Positions 30,398 to 47,849 of a stretch of 64,000 nt of DNA are shown in pieces. Positions within the stretch are counted from its first letter, which is position 1, and the number at the start of each line of letters is the position of its first letter. The stretch comes from the human T2T-CHM13v2.0 reference genome, Homo sapiens. A program made the translations under genes and the position numbers. The stretch is taken from assembly GCF_009914755.1 (NCBI RefSeq), contig NC_060941.1. One strand, 5' to 3'. The notes beneath the pieces are model-generated. The model searched no databases and had not been told where the DNA came from. It was given only the letters and a program-made list of their open reading frames with translations.

Positions 30398-31676
30398 TCT
30401 TAGCCTGCATATTTCATGTTTCTCGTTCATAATATAAAGACAGAAAAGGTGCTTCCTATGGGAAGATAGATGTGGACACAATTTCACAAATTAAGTTTTA
30501 TACAAATGTAAAGTACTGCAATTCATGTTGACCTCTCAGCTTAGTTGGTTTTAGAGTAAAGGGGTTAGCTAGAGGCCTGAGTCTTGCTCCCTGGCCTGGC
30601 CCAAATTACCTGACCCAGGAGACATCTCAACCTCTCTAGCTTTTAGTTTCGTAATCTGTAGATCGTGAGGGGGGTTGACTCCATGATTCCGTGAGCTTTC
30701 TTCTCAAACATCTCATTCTAGAATATTCCATCGGTCCTTTTCTGTCACCTTCTTCCCAAGTGGTTGTGAAAGGGTGGCTTGTAGGCATTAGGCCAGAGCT
30801 GTGTGTTAGCCATAATTCAGATAATACAGCTTATAATTCAGCTTGTGTTGATCAGAAACTCTGCCTAAGGGAAGGCCCAGGTAAAACCTGTAAAGTCCTG
30901 GAGTTTCATCACAGATGATGCTATTGCAGAGCCTCCAAGATTTTGCCTCTTTTTTATGAGCTTTGGTGACTACCCCAGCCTAATGAGGTCCAAGATATCC
31001 CAGTACTTCCACGGGAGGATCATGTGAAGATTGCTGTCTGGTTCCAAAATTCCCTCCTAAAACAGCAAGGGTGGCACCTGGGGAGGAGGAGGGACCTGGG
31101 GGAGGAGGAGGGACCTGTGAGAGGGGTATCAGTGATTCTGCAGGTGATTCCTCCTCTTCCTGTCCTCTTATTAAAATTCCCTGAGGCTGACTTCAGCTAG
31201 ATGTTGATCAGATTAAAGCAGTTGGTGCTGGGATGGATTAATAAGCCTGAAATTTTTTAACTTGGATGCCTTGAGGTACTTATTTCATCCCCAAGCATTT
31301 TCCATCTCTATCCCAACTAGTCCAGTAAAACCTGTGGCATTGCTGAGCAATAAGCAATGCACCTGCCCGTTTTCACTATTGGATCTGGCTCTGTCCACTC
31401 TTTTCTGGGAGAACAGAGGGGATGGGTGGCGTGATGGCCCACTGAGTGCTGGGCTTCTCCATCCTCCATCTGAGTTGGCTGCATTCCTGTCCCAGGTGTC
31501 CTCTGCCTCTGTTGAGCCCCTGCCACTGCTACCTCCAAGTGTCCTTCCTTCCCTCCACATGCAGAATGGAGCTTTCCATCCCCAAAGAACTCGAGCAGCC
31601 TGTTTGCATCACTGCCAGGAGACCTGTTTGGTACTGCCAAGCACTGCAGGTATTTCTAGCTCAGTTGTCTTATCAT

Positions 31677-32108
<432 letters not shown>

Positions 32109-32238
32109 TGATAAGCTTTAATGACAGGGATGGCGAACAGTGGTTAACAGTTAGTGAGGCATTGCCAGGTGCAGTATGTGAGGTCAGCACTTTGTATAAT
32201 TATTTAATCTTCACAATAGCGCTATAGATTTGATACTA

Positions 32239-32549
<311 letters not shown>

Positions 32550-33169
32550 TAGAGAAGTTAAGTTGCTTGAGAGCAGAGAGTAAGCAGCAAAGCTAGGGTT
32601 CAAACCCAGAGTGTAATCTCATAGGTGCTGTATTATACAGATAAGCTAGATGCAGGGGCAGGCTGGTTTGTAAGAGGGCATGTTGCCTGTAGCATTTCTC
32701 CTTAGTGAATCTCCGAAACAAATCACATCCTGTTTATTTCCAACAAAAGAGAACAAATTTGGGATTATATCTGATTATAGCATGCGAGTAGCAAATAAGA
32801 TATGATGTATGTATTTTTGCAGTTTTTTCTTTCCAAGTTCCCCCATCTTTGGCCAAAATATCACATTTTAAACCAATGAAGAGTTAAATCTAGAGTTAAT
32901 CACTTAGCATCAGCAGTGCAGCCAGAATTCTCATCTCCTGATTCTAAAACTGCCTGACCCTACCCTGGAGTCACTGATCAGGTTGAGAGGAGTTCAGAAT
33001 GAAGAGAGAATTGTTTCAACCACCTGTTCTGCATGAGAGCCTTTCACCATTTTCTGTGTGTTTGTGAAATGACCATTCTGAAGTTCAGATCCACATATAA
33101 GACTCATTCAAAATGATCTTCCTCAATGGAAACCGGGGGTGAGATTTGAACCTGAGAGAGACAGTCTGC

Positions 33170-33410
33170 TCTGGTTGATGAACAGCATAGCTCTGGACCC
33201 AGACTGCCTGGGTTTACATCTCAGCTCTGCCACTTCTAACTTTGTGATTCAGGCAAATTATTTAACTCCCAGTTTTTTTATCTGTAACATGGGGATAATA
33301 ACAGCATAAGAGCACTAGCCACACTGGATGGCTATAAGATTGAAATCAATTACTATGTGTAAAAATCTTAGAATAGGGCCTGGCATAAAGCGACACTGTG
33401 ACTGTTTTAT
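33170..33410 (+). mobile_element. MIR
   Basis: gctctggacccagactgcctgggttt...ctctgccactt...tctgtaacatggggataata. Confidence 0.85.
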
Positions 33411-33829
33411 CTGTAATATATATGTTGCTTTTTAAAGGCCACTAGGTGATACATTAGAGCAGGCAGGGTGCCATCGAATGACCCAACCCTTTGTCATCTG
33501 GCAATATTGCCTAAAATCCAGACGGTGGATTTTCACCTTCAAAGTGGTTCTTTGGGCACAAGGCAAGTCTTCCGAAACTCCCTACTTGATGCCTGGCGTA
33601 TTATAGGCGTCTCATATTTTTTGTTAAATTGAACTGAAAAATTGAAGCGCTTTGTATCTAAACAAATGTAGAAAAGTGAGACGCTGTATCCAGGGTCTGA
33701 AGTTGAAAAGATTTAAAATGTGGATGGAAACTTCAGGGATGGGGGTTGCATGGGATGTTTGTAATTACTTATGGATGATATGAAGATAGTACCTGCTGTA
33801 TTTTACCATGTATATGAGTCTCGTGGGGA

Positions 33830-33945
33830 CTTCATTTAAAAATGTGTCTTCTGCATCTGAGATCCTGACTCAGGAGGTCTAGATGGGACCCAGGAATCTG
33901 CACTGACACAGGCGGTCTGTGAACCAGACTTGGAGAAACACTATT
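33830..33945. mobile_element. MER5A-like hAT fragment
   Basis: gatcctgactcaggaggtctagatgggacccaggaatctgcac...ttggagaaacact. Confidence 0.65.
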
Positions 33946-34482
33946 TTAGTCCAGCGTCTTGGATGCATGAGCTTATAGTTCCTTGACAATGGCAAAATTA
34001 GAAGTCTAACTGAAATCACCTACAAGATGTGCATGTATTACATATACCATTGGAGACACCCACTCGGAGTTTTCTTATTGAGAGAACATTTCAGTTTTGA
34101 TTTCATAGGTAATTGGGCGGTACTGATGAATCACTAGTTTTTTTTTAAATGTAAGCAGTGATACATCCACAAACACTTTCCTGAGAGGTGATAGTCTCAC
34201 GCAAAATTTAAGAAACTTTTATTCTTGGCTTAATCTTTGTGACTGTATTTTGTGTTATGTGTATTCTTTATTTTGAGACATCCTGAAATCCTTAAATTTT
34301 GCTCATTTTCTTAAAAGCCAAATCCCACATAACTATGTAAGTATATTCTTTTTCAGCAGTTTTCTCTGGGGAGTTTCCTAAATAAATGAATTGAATGGGG
34401 GAGCCATGATGAATGGGTCAGTATGCTCATTGCAGTGCCATCTCTTAAAGGGATAAACTGGCAGCAATCTAAAAGGGCAACA

Positions 34483-34772
34483 GGCCAGGCGCAGTGGCTC
34501 GCACCTGTAATCCCAGTACTTTGGGAAGCCGAGGCAGGCAGATCACTTGAGGTCAGGAATTCGAGACCAGCCTGCCCAACACGGTGAAAACCCTGCCTCT
34601 ACTAAAATACAAAAATTAGCCGGGCTTGGTGGCGGGCACCTATAATCCCAGCTACTTGGGAGGCTGAGTTCCAGCAGAATTGCTGGAACCTGGGAGGTGG
34701 AGGTTGCAGTGAGTCAAGATTGCGCCACTGCACTCCAGCCTGGGTGACAGAGTGAGACTCCTTCTCAAAAAA
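34483..34772 (+). mobile_element. AluS
   Basis: Full dimer. Confidence 0.95.
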
Positions 34773-34949
34773 GAGGGGAACAAAGGGAGAGAGATTGATT
34801 TATGGCTCACATGCATAATAAATATACCTAACAATTAACTATGAAAATGTAGTGTATTTGCTGTCATGAAAAGATGTTTGATAATCATCTTTTATGTAAG
34901 TGAACAAGCATGTTAAAGAACACATTGTAAAAAAATATCATAATACAGC

Positions 34950-35120
34950 CAGTATTTACTGAGTACTTGCTATGTGGTGGACACTTGGAACGCATTATCT
35001 CATTTAATCCTCCCGTAAACCTGTGTGTTTAAAGTACTATTATCTGTATTTTCTGATGAGAGACTTGTGGCCCAGAGAGGGTAAGTGACTTGTCCAAGGT
35101 CGTACAGCCTGTAAATGTTC
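34950..35120 (-). mobile_element. MIR
   Basis: atctcatttaatcctc...gatgagagacttgtggcccagagagggtaagtgacttgtccaaggtc. Confidence 0.85.
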
Positions 35121-36418
35121 CCCAAAAGCCCATGTACTTTCTTCACTGTCATGCATTACTGCACCTGGGGCAGTAGCTACACACTTTGTTTAAAGGGCCT
35201 GTATGAATACCCCAAAATATTCATGATATCGATTCAAGTTGTAGGAGTTTGGTGATTTGATTAATTTTTCTTTCTGCTTCCCTGCATTTTCTTTTTTCTT
35301 CCAACAGCCAGTTATTAAGTCAACCAACAAATAATTCTAATGGCTTCCTAAATGTAGAAAGTTGGTTAATTTTGGTATTGCTTTTGCCATTCAGGGATTT
35401 ACATAGGGACAATCACAGAGATGCTAAACCAGTTAACCTTTGTAGGAAAGCGGCCATTAAAACCCTCCCTCCTGTTTTCACGATCACTTTCATCCTAAGA
35501 TCGGGTAGATTACCTCTGCGTTTGTAACATCTTCAGTATTCAAGGCTTGGATGTAGGAGAGAAGCCAGTTTAAATGGTCCTCACTTGTTTAGCACCTACT
35601 TATCACCCCGGGAGCCCTTAGAGTTAATAAGGAGCCCAGTGCACCGGTGATCAGCTACTTTATTTCCAGAAGTGGGATGTGGGGGCCCTGCTGCTGCAGT
35701 GGGGGTTTGAGGGCAGCTGTTCACCTGGGTGCATGTCCTGGATCTCATGTTGGGGGCGGCAGTGCTCCCCTGGAAGGGGATGAGCCAGGGAGGAGTCCGC
35801 AAGGGAGGATGGGCCAGGGAGGGAGGGCTCTGAAGCACACCCTTGCTCCCTGGGCAGGGTCTGCATCCAGGGCTCCTTCCTTCCGCCTGGAGCTTTCCCA
35901 TGAATCCTTCCTCCACCACCTCCTCAACTAGCACCTCCAGCTCGCCCCGCCTGACCCAGCTCCCTCAGCCCATGTGTCCCCGCTTTGCCAGCTCTTCTGT
36001 GTGCTAAGTGGCACGGACTGCTGTCTGTGGCTTCAGTCCCCGGTGGGGGAGCGCTGGGGTGTTCCGCCTCCTAAGAGACTGTTGGTTGAGGGCCCGCATA
36101 TCTGTTTCTGGGTTTGGTGCTATCAAGGTCACACGGGTGTCGCCCCAGACTCCTCTGCTGCTTACAGGGCCTCATGCTGGCGTCACCATGGCATCAGCCC
36201 AGCCTAGCGGAGACTTGCTATCTGATTTCCATCATCCTCCATTCCCCTTTGCACCGCAGCCCCCTGAATTAATTAAGCAAGCAAGCAAACAATCAAGTCT
36301 TGTTCGACACTGTTAAAGGGAGCAGGCTTCCTGGTCTGTGGGGAGCTGCAGGGGAGGGATGTGATGACTTAATTACAACTGCCACTTGACTGAGTGTCTG
36401 CTAAGTGCAGGGTGCTGA

Positions 36419-36742
<324 letters not shown>

Positions 36743-37921
36743 TAGTTGCATTCTTTATTCTGTTGAATCTTTATCCTTCTGCATGGTATGCAGCCTTGAG
36801 GGGGGTAATAGCTTAATGGGAGAATTTATAGTTTTACCTGTATATTCGGTGGAAGATTTCAGGTGAGCAGAAGTTCTGGGAGGATTAAGCGTCGAGGGAG
36901 ATCTTGAGAATGAACACAGTTGAAAATGAAATCAGTCCAGTTGTAAGTAATAAGTGATCGAGGAAAAGGAAGTTCCTTCACCTGGTTAATGAATATTTAT
37001 TGCCTGTCACCCGGAAAAACCCTGGTCTCAGAAGACTTAAGGGTACCGGGTTTGTACAACAGGCAGCTTTTGCATTGGACTTGCTGGCTGAAGCCAGATA
37101 CCTACATGGGCTGTATAGTGATGGATGCTTCATTCTTCCTTGGTCTGCTTGGTTGGAAGTGGAGTCGATGGTGCTTCTAGCTGATCCCCTTACCTCTGAA
37201 TTTTGTCCCGGTAGCTGGTGACTCCTTGGTGAAGTCAGTTTAAGTCTCTGGGAAAAGCATCCCATGCATATCATATTCCAAATGTTCTGTGTAAGCCCCA
37301 GGTTTCTTTCACAGGCCTTGTGTTATTAGAGTTCTGGGGGCAGTTCTTGAGGGCATGTGTCTTTTCTGCCAATATTTAAAATAGTTGTTGGCTTTAGGCT
37401 TGTTTTACACTTCAGGTCATCTACAAAGGAAATGTTAATTTGGGGGAAAAGAGATGCAATGAAGAGATAAATATATAAAGATACAGAGGCTCATAAACAC
37501 TCTGGTTCACAGCTCCTGGCCAGCCCTGTCCATAGGAGCCATATGGACCCGGCATGTGGCTTAATCCTCGTAAGCCTGGGTCCCTCAGACAACTGTGAAG
37601 GGGGATATTGCTACCTGCTTGCTAACATGCTGAGCTGTGAAGATAACTGAGGTCATGGATAATGAAGTGCTGGGCACTTGCAAAACATGATTTACAATCT
37701 CAGCAAAGACTTCATTGTTTATTCAGTATATATTTATTGACTTCCTTCTGTGTGCTGGGTACAGAGCCACATACCAGCTCTCCTTGGAGTGTAGTCCCTG
37801 GGCAGGAAGCTTCAGCCTGATGGAAACACTGTTTCCTAGGTTTCCTGGGCCCTGCTGAAGCCGGCTGCATCAGAATCTTCAGGAATCAGTGTTTAACCAC
37901 CCTCCCCTGACTGATACCTAG

Positions 37922-38339
<418 letters not shown>

Positions 38340-38640
38340 TTGAATAGGTCGTCTGCTGGGTGAGGACCCCTCCACCCCAGCTCTCATCCCCTGGCCCGAG
38401 GGTTGGAGCACTAGACTTCATGTACCAGTTCAGGATATGCATATCTGGGGAGCCGTCCTGGGCATCGGCATCTGGGAGAGGGGGTGAGGATGGGTGGGGG
38501 TCCCCATGTAAGTCCTTTCTTCAGGTTGTGGCTTCTGCATAGCTCCTTGTTGTGTGGACCTGTGAGTACACACCCTGGAAAGGCAAGTCAAGGCCTCCTC
38601 TCTGCTGGTTTCAAGTGGTGGAGAAGCCCTGCATGACTGA

Positions 38641-39699
<1,059 letters not shown>

Positions 39700-39749
39700 T
39701 GATGGGCACATTATATTGTACCCAACATGTTAATATAAAGGTTCTTCTA

Positions 39750-40029
39750 GGCTGGGTGTGGTGGCTTACGCCTGTAATCCCAGCACTTTGGGAGGCCCAA
39801 GTGGGTGGATCACCTGAGGTGAGGAGTTCGAGACCAGCCTGGGCAACATGGCAAAACCCTGTCTCTACTAAAAATACAAAAATTAGCTGGCTGTGGTGGC
39901 GTGTGCCTGTAGTCTCAGCTACTCAGGAGGCTGAGGCAGGAGAATCGCTTGAACCTGGAAGGCAGTGAGCTGAGATTGTGCCACTACACTCCAGCCTGAG
40001 CGACAGAGCGAGACTCTGTATCAAAAAAA
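39750..40029 (+). mobile_element. AluS
   Basis: Dimer; TSD aaa(g/t)gttcttct. Confidence 0.95.
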
Positions 40030-40089
40030 TGTTCTTCTGATTTTTTTCCCTCTATCACATATGCCATTTAAAATATAAGGGATATATGG

Positions 40090-41600
40090 AGGTATGATTC
40101 ATGTATCATAAAATTCACCATTTTGGTGGTTTTTTAGTATTCACGGAATTGAATGACTATTCATACCATCTACTTTGGAACATTTTTGTCATTCCAGAAA
40201 GAAACCCCAGACCCCTTAGCAATCACTGTCTATTCTCCCTCTCTGTAGCCCCTGGCAACCATGAATCTACTTTCTGTCTCTTTGAATTTGCCTAGTTTGT
40301 ACACTTCATATAAATGTAATTGAGCAGGCTGGGCGTAATGTCTCACGCCTGTAATCCTAGCACTTTGGGAGACCAAGGCGGGCAAATCATTGAGGCCAGG
40401 AGTTCAAGACTGTCCTGTCCAACATGGTGTGAAACCCGGTCTCTACTAAAAATACAAAAATTAGCCTGGCGTGGTGGCACATGGCTGTAATCCCAGCTAC
40501 TTGGGAGGGTGAGGCAGGAGAAATGCTTGAACTCAGGAGGCAGAGGTTGCAGTGAGCCAAGATCACACCACTACACTCCAACCTAAGCGACAGAGCGAGA
40601 CTCCATCTCAAAAAAAAAAAAAAAGTAATGATATAATATGTGGCTTTTACTGTCTGGCTTCTTTCACTTAGCATTACATTTTTAAGGTTCATTTATACTG
40701 CAGAATGAATCAGTACTTCACCCCTTTTTATGGCTTAATAGTAATTGATTTTATTTATCAGTTGGTAGACAGTTGAGTTGTTTATACTTTGACTATTATG
40801 AACAGTGCTGCTGTGAACATTCAGTTGTGCATGAGTTTTTTTGTGGACGTGTGTGTTCATTCCTCTCGGGTATATACCTAGGACTGAAATTGCTGGATCA
40901 TATGTTAATTCTGTGGTTAGCATTTTAAGGAATTGCCAAGCTGTTTTCCAAAGAAGCGGCCCCATTTTACAATCCTACCAGCAGTATGGTAGAGTTCATG
41001 TTTCTCCACATCTTCACCAACATTTATTGTTCATCCTTTTTATTTAGTCAGCCTGGTAAGACCAATGATGCTGAGCATCTTTTCATGTGCTTATCAGCCA
41101 TATGTGTTTTGGAGAAATGTTTCTTCATATTCTTTGCCCATTGTTTAATTGGGTTGTCTTTTTATTGTTGAGTTGGAAGAGTTATTTATATATTCTAAAC
41201 ATGAATCCCTTTATCAGGTACAGGATTTGCAGATAATTTTCTCCTATTCTGTGAGTTGTCTTTTAGTGATGCCCTTTGAAGCTTCACTAATTGTAATTTT
41301 GTAAGGAACAAATGTAAATTTTATACCAGGCTGCACTTTTTGCCTGTTCGGTTTTGGATTTTCTTATTGTTGGTATCATTCATGAAAGACTTAGCAGCAT
41401 TTCATTGGTTAAAGCTAACTTCAATTTTGAGGAAGTCCAGTTTGTCTTTTTTTGGGAGGTCGGTCACTTATGCTTTTGGCGTCATAGCCAAGAAACCATT
41501 GCCAAATCTAAGGTCATGGATATTCCTTTGTTCCAAGAATTTTAAAGTGTTAGCAACTACACTTAGGTCTGTGATCTTTTCGAGTTAATTTTTGAGGTCT
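40090..41600 (-). mobile_element. L1M (L1MB-like) 3' region, interrupted by an Alu and a ~135-bp foreign insert
   Basis: cccctggcaaccatgaatctactttctgtctc; gggtatatacctaggactgaaattgctggatcatatg; gagcatcttttcatgtgcttatcagccat. Confidence 0.88.
40327..40623 (+). mobile_element. AluS
   Basis: Full dimer within the L1. Confidence 0.95.
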
Positions 41601-42633
41601 AATTTCTATTAAAAGTGATCTTTAGTCAAGGATATTGAAGTATAAAGCTAAAAAAAAAATAGCCTTGATTTTTCTAAAATGGACTGTGATACTCAGCTCT
41701 GTCCTGTCAATTACTAGTCACAGGATGCTAAAATTATAGGTTTAGTTTTTTAAGGGAATAAATAAATGCCTCAATCTCAAATTAATTTTGCTCTGAAATT
41801 GAGCTGATTACTAAGACGAGATCCAATTTAGGAAGTGTTTTGACATTACCCCCAGTGAGCAATTTGAGAAGCACATAAGCAAAAATAAGAAAGCATTCAT
41901 GTGGGCTGCTTCATAGGGTTTTTTTTTTTTTAAGTGTTGTATTCAACCTTATGAGAAACACTTGAAAGTATGCAACTTGATTGTCTGCCCATACATACAT
42001 ATGTTCGGATGTGTAGGTACAATTTCTGTAGTTTTACTCAGGGAGTAAGTGATGTATCTCCTCAGGTTCCTAATAATTCCCTTTTCAAAAATGAATAAAA
42101 TAATATTAGATACCTCATGGGGTTCTTGTGAGGATTAGAAAAGTTTATTAAAAGGGTTGGAATAAACCTGCCACTTAGTAAATGCTTATAAACTGCTTAC
42201 TGTTATTAAGTATTCCATTTATTTATCCTGCTATTTCCAGTACATTTTAGCCACCAGCATAATCAGTACTTCTCACTTAATGTTAAATACTGCTATATTT
42301 TTGAATTATTGTATAAATATATGCTAATTATGATTTTTGCCTGCAGTAAAGGAATAATAAACAGTTCTCATGAATAACTTAAGTCTAATAATGTTTTTAT
42401 TGTTTTATAACATATTTTTCATCTAATTGTAATTACTTAAATTCAGAAAAGCAATTGTAGAACTGGGTAGCAGAGTGTTTTGGTGTGTTACTTGTCCTGA
42501 ATCACGATAGTTTAACCAATGAAATGATGCTAGATCTTCTGTGAATGCACCCAAAATAAAAAGCAAAACCAAATGGGCAAAAATACAGTCTCATATAAGA
42601 TTTACATTTGTTCCTTATAAAGAATCTAAGGTA

Positions 42634-42950
42634 TTTTTCTTTTTTATTTTTCTTTTTTTTTTTTTGGAGACAGGGTCTCTTTCTGTCACTCACGCTAGAG
42701 TACAGTGGCACCATCATAGCTCACTGTAGCCTTGAACTCCTGGGCTCAAGAGATCCTCTTGCTTCAGCCTCCAGAATAGCAGGGACTACAGGTGCAAGCC
42801 ACCACGCCCAGCTAAGTTTTATATTTTTTTTGTAGAGCTGGGGTCTCGCTATGTTGGCTGGGCTGGTCTCAAACTCTTGGCCTCAAGCAGTCCCCCTGCC
42901 TCGGCCTCCCAAAGTGCTGGGATTACAAGTGTGAGCCACTGTGCCTGGCC
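42634..42950 (-). mobile_element. AluJ
   Basis: catcatagctcactgtagccttgaactcctgggctcaag. Confidence 0.95.
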
Positions 42951-44015
42951 AGGTGTCTACTTTCTCTCCCAGACCAAACAGGAGAAAAGTTCTGAATTTG
43001 AAAGGGAAACTCATGGAGCATTTTGAAGATAGCTTTAGGCCAATTATGAGTCAGTTTTTCTAGCTTGGAGTTCAAGGAGCAAAGACGGTTTGTTTGGATG
43101 GATGACCTGTGGAAGGACTAAATCCACCTGGTGGAAGGTTCAGGATGACAACCCCATGGACATCCAGGTAGAAATGAAATGACCACTGGGCATCAGCATG
43201 AGAGGGAGGGCCATGAAGTTTAAATTTGAGAGGAGGAGAAGGATTGGACAATCAAGGTTGTAAAGGTAGCTTGAGGCCAGTTTGGACTTCATTCCATATC
43301 TTGCTCTATTCTACAAGGAGTCAGATTTGCCTATGAATGTACTTATGTAGCATGGAGCAGCAAAATAGATGTGGATTTGCTAACACATAAAGCTAAAATT
43401 TAATAGACCATCCCCACTGTCTTCCAGGTTTTCAATTTTACTGCCCTGCTTGCTGGCTTCTAAGAAATAGTTTAGCTTCTTTTACCATCACTTTTTAGAC
43501 ATTCTGTGATTTCTCTCTGACCTGTTGTTTCCAAAGCAACAGCATGTGGCCAGTCAAAATAGGATTTCACTCTTGTTTGTGGAGCTCTGTAGTAATTAGG
43601 AAAGGATTCGAAACTCCATTTGAAACGGAGGCTGGTAATACAATGATGTGTTGGATGTTTCTCAGTGGAGAATAAGGTGCTCCAAAACCATGGCAGCAAA
43701 ATACTAAATGTTGTGAGAGAGATGGTGATGTCTTCCTCTGTTTGTCACCATTATGGGAAACTTTTAGATGTGGATTAACTTTGCACAGATGGAGCGGTGC
43801 AAGGCAAGGAAGGTTATCCTGGGGGAGCTGCTTTGGTGGAGAAAACCTGGTGTCCTGCCAAACCTTGGCCTTCAGAGTGACCCTAGGGCTGGTCTTCCAC
43901 ATTGTGGAAGAGACAGACCTGCTAGTCTTGTGATCTCTACTCGGGGGCAATGCACTGAAGAGAAATGCTTTTAGTTTTGAGTAAAGAGATAGTCATTAAA
44001 TATTGGCTTCAGCTA

Positions 44016-44305
44016 TTATTTATTTATTTAGACAGAGTCTCACTCTGTTGCCCAGGCTGGAGTGCAGTGGCACAATCTCAGCTCACTGCAACTTCACCTC
44101 CCAGGCTTAAGCGATTCTCCTGCCTCAGTCTCCCGAGTAGCCGGGACTACAGGCGCGTGCCACCATGCCCGGCTGATATTTGTATTTTTAGTAGAGATGG
44201 GGTTTCACCATGTCAGCCAGGCTGGTCTTGAACTCCTGACCTCAAGTGATTTGCCTGCCTCAGCCTCCCAAAGTGCTGGGATTACAGCAGGCCACTGCGC
44301 CCAGC
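44016..44305 (-). mobile_element. AluS
   Basis: Full dimer. Confidence 0.95.
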
Positions 44306-44389
44306 TGCCATTTATTTTTATTTTTATAAAAATATGTGTAATAATAAGACAGAAAAAATAGGGAGTAGACAAAAGAAGTAACTTAAACA

Positions 44390-44621
44390 TAGTGGTTCTC
44401 AATCAGGGATGATTTTGCTTCCCAGGAGACACCTGACAGTGTCTGGAGACATTTTTTATTGTTATACTGGGGCTGGAGGGCTGCTACTGGCGTCTAGTGG
44501 GTAGAGGTTAGGGATGCTGCTCAACATCCTGTATGTACTGGACAGACACCCCCCCATTACCACCAACAAGAAAGAGTGATCCAGCCCAAAATGCCAGTAG
44601 TGCCAAGGCTGAGAAATTCTG
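44390..44621 (+). mobile_element. MER20 (hAT-Charlie)
   Basis: agtggttctcaatcaggg...gtctggagacatttt...gctactggcgtctagtgggtagagg...tagtgccaaggctgagaaa. Confidence 0.92.
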
Positions 44622-45420
44622 CAAGAATCCACCCCTAACACATAATAATCCCACCCCTAATTGCGTTATGATGGTGTATTTTCTTTCATTATTTTATTTC
44701 CACATTATACGTAACTGTGTACTTAGTTTTTTTGTATCTGGTTCTCTTCATTGAGCGTTATATCCTAACAGAGTAATTTTGTAATTTTCAAAATTTTTAA
44801 AATTCACACATTTCTCTCCTATACTACATACATTCTAATTTACTGCTGTTGTGAATAACCTGTAATGAATAACTTTGTGTATTTGGCTTTTCTTTTTCTT
44901 TTAATTTCTAGTTATTTCTTAAGGGTAGTATTTGTAAGTTGTTCATATTATTTTTCTAAGTGGTGAATTTTTTATGATTCTCGACAGATGTTTCCAAGTT
45001 GCTTTCCAAAGGCATGGTACTAATTTCAGTGTCATCAACAATGTATAGACTTTCTGTTTGCTTGTGTTTTTGCCTGCATAAAGCATAAAGTTACTGGGGA
45101 AAAGCCTATTTTTTTTTTTGGCTAAGTCAATGGGCAAAAAGTAGTATGTGTTTGATTAGTAATGCTTTTGTGTGGGAGAAACACTGTTCTGATCATTGTC
45201 GTCACAACCCTCAGAAGTCATGATAAAACCATCTGTTTCTGTTTAACAAAGGCTCTGAGAGTTATTCTAGGTCAGTGGAATGATGCCTTTCTGTACTTAC
45301 TGCGAAGAAGTTTATTAAGATAAATTGCGATAGTTTCAACTTTCTTGGAGTACTTTTAAAAGAGCAAGATCCACTCAAATCATCATGGAAAATCCTGTCA
45401 AACTCTAAGAAAATTGTCTA

Positions 45421-45712
<292 letters not shown>

Positions 45713-46338
45713 TTAGGTATGCTAGGACTCCATTGCACTTTCCTATTTTTTATGAGTTATTTGTGTATTTAATGGGGCACCTAGCACTATGACATTTCAT
45801 ATATGTAGAATATATATATATGCTTGACACACGGAATGCTCAGTGAAAATGTATTAAATATGAATGAACAAACTTCTGCCCGCACTTTAGGGCCAAGAGT
45901 ATAATTTTCTGCTGTAATGATGACAGAGAGCTATAGTGGAGTGTGACCTTTTGATGTACTGCTGGTCCTGATTATAGTTTACTTGACTTTGAAGGCTTGA
46001 TCAGGAATAAAACCTCCAATTATATCACTTTTTCAGTGGCAAACCTGTTTTATGGAGTAGTGATTTGTCTTGCAACAGGGCTTTGGAAACTCATTAAAAC
46101 CAGGGATTTTCTCGCACATTTCCTAAGAGAATTACAAATATGAAAAGCTGTGGATAAAAATTATCTGATTTTTGAAGATTTGCTCATTTTTAGAATAAAA
46201 CGTTTTCTTATATTTTCATATCATGTTTTCTAAATTTTTATTCTTTCTTGAGGGAACCATTCCAAGTTGTACAAGTACGTTTCTTTAAATATTTGCATTT
46301 GACAATGACTCCCTTCTCTGGTTCTTCTAACACCTTAA

Positions 46339-46637
<299 letters not shown>

Positions 46638-47287
46638 TGACTGTTTTAATTACTAGTATGTGTCCGTAAATGCCTGAGCAGGGGTTTTGAGAACTGTGCC
46701 TTCCTCTTCTTTGACTTTTAAAACTGATTTCTTGTGCAGTATTATCTTTCTGAATTATGTAGCAATTTTGCTTTACCCAGGATTAGGTGTGCTCCTCTGG
46801 GTTGGGTGGTTGTGTAGTACATCATGTGATCAGACAGCAGGCATGGACCAGGACGGTCCCTGGCAGGCACTGTGTGGGGCTCAACTCCTTCCTTCCCTTG
46901 TCTTACCTTACTCACTGGAGCATTTGTTGCTTTCTCTCCTCTCAGCCCATCAACCTAGAGTTGAGTAGGAAAGAGTGCATTGAATCAAGTATTTAAATTG
47001 CTCTGATGGTTTTGTATGTGCTATAGAAGGAATTCGAAGACAGTTTACTTTTTGTCATTTTCATGGGAATCAAGAACCTCATTTAATCAGTAGCCTGGTA
47101 TTAGTTCTAAATCATCCACACATAGATGTGGGGTGATTTTGGTCATGTTATTTTATAGGGCATTGCCCTTCTCCTCCAGCCAAAATATTTGTAATACAAA
47201 GCCCATGATTCTGTCCTCTCTCTGTCTCTGGTTTCATTGATAAACTTGTAATATTTTTTATAAAAACTCTTTTAAAAATTAAAAATA

Positions 47288-47440
47288 GATCCTGGTATGG
47301 TGGCTCACACATGGAATCCCAGCACTTTGAGAGGCCGCGGCCAGAGGATTGCTTGAGCCCAGGAGTTTTAGGCCAGCCTGGCCAACACAGCGAGACTCTT
47401 CCTGGGCAACATAGACGCTGCCTCTACAAAATAAAAATAA
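47288..47440 (+). mobile_element. FLAM/AluJ left monomer with an internal duplication
   Basis: cctggccaacacagcgagac followed by cctgggcaacatagac. Confidence 0.85.
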
Positions 47441-47823
<383 letters not shown>

Positions 47824-47849
47824 TAACCGCTTTTGAAGTCTCGTTGTGT

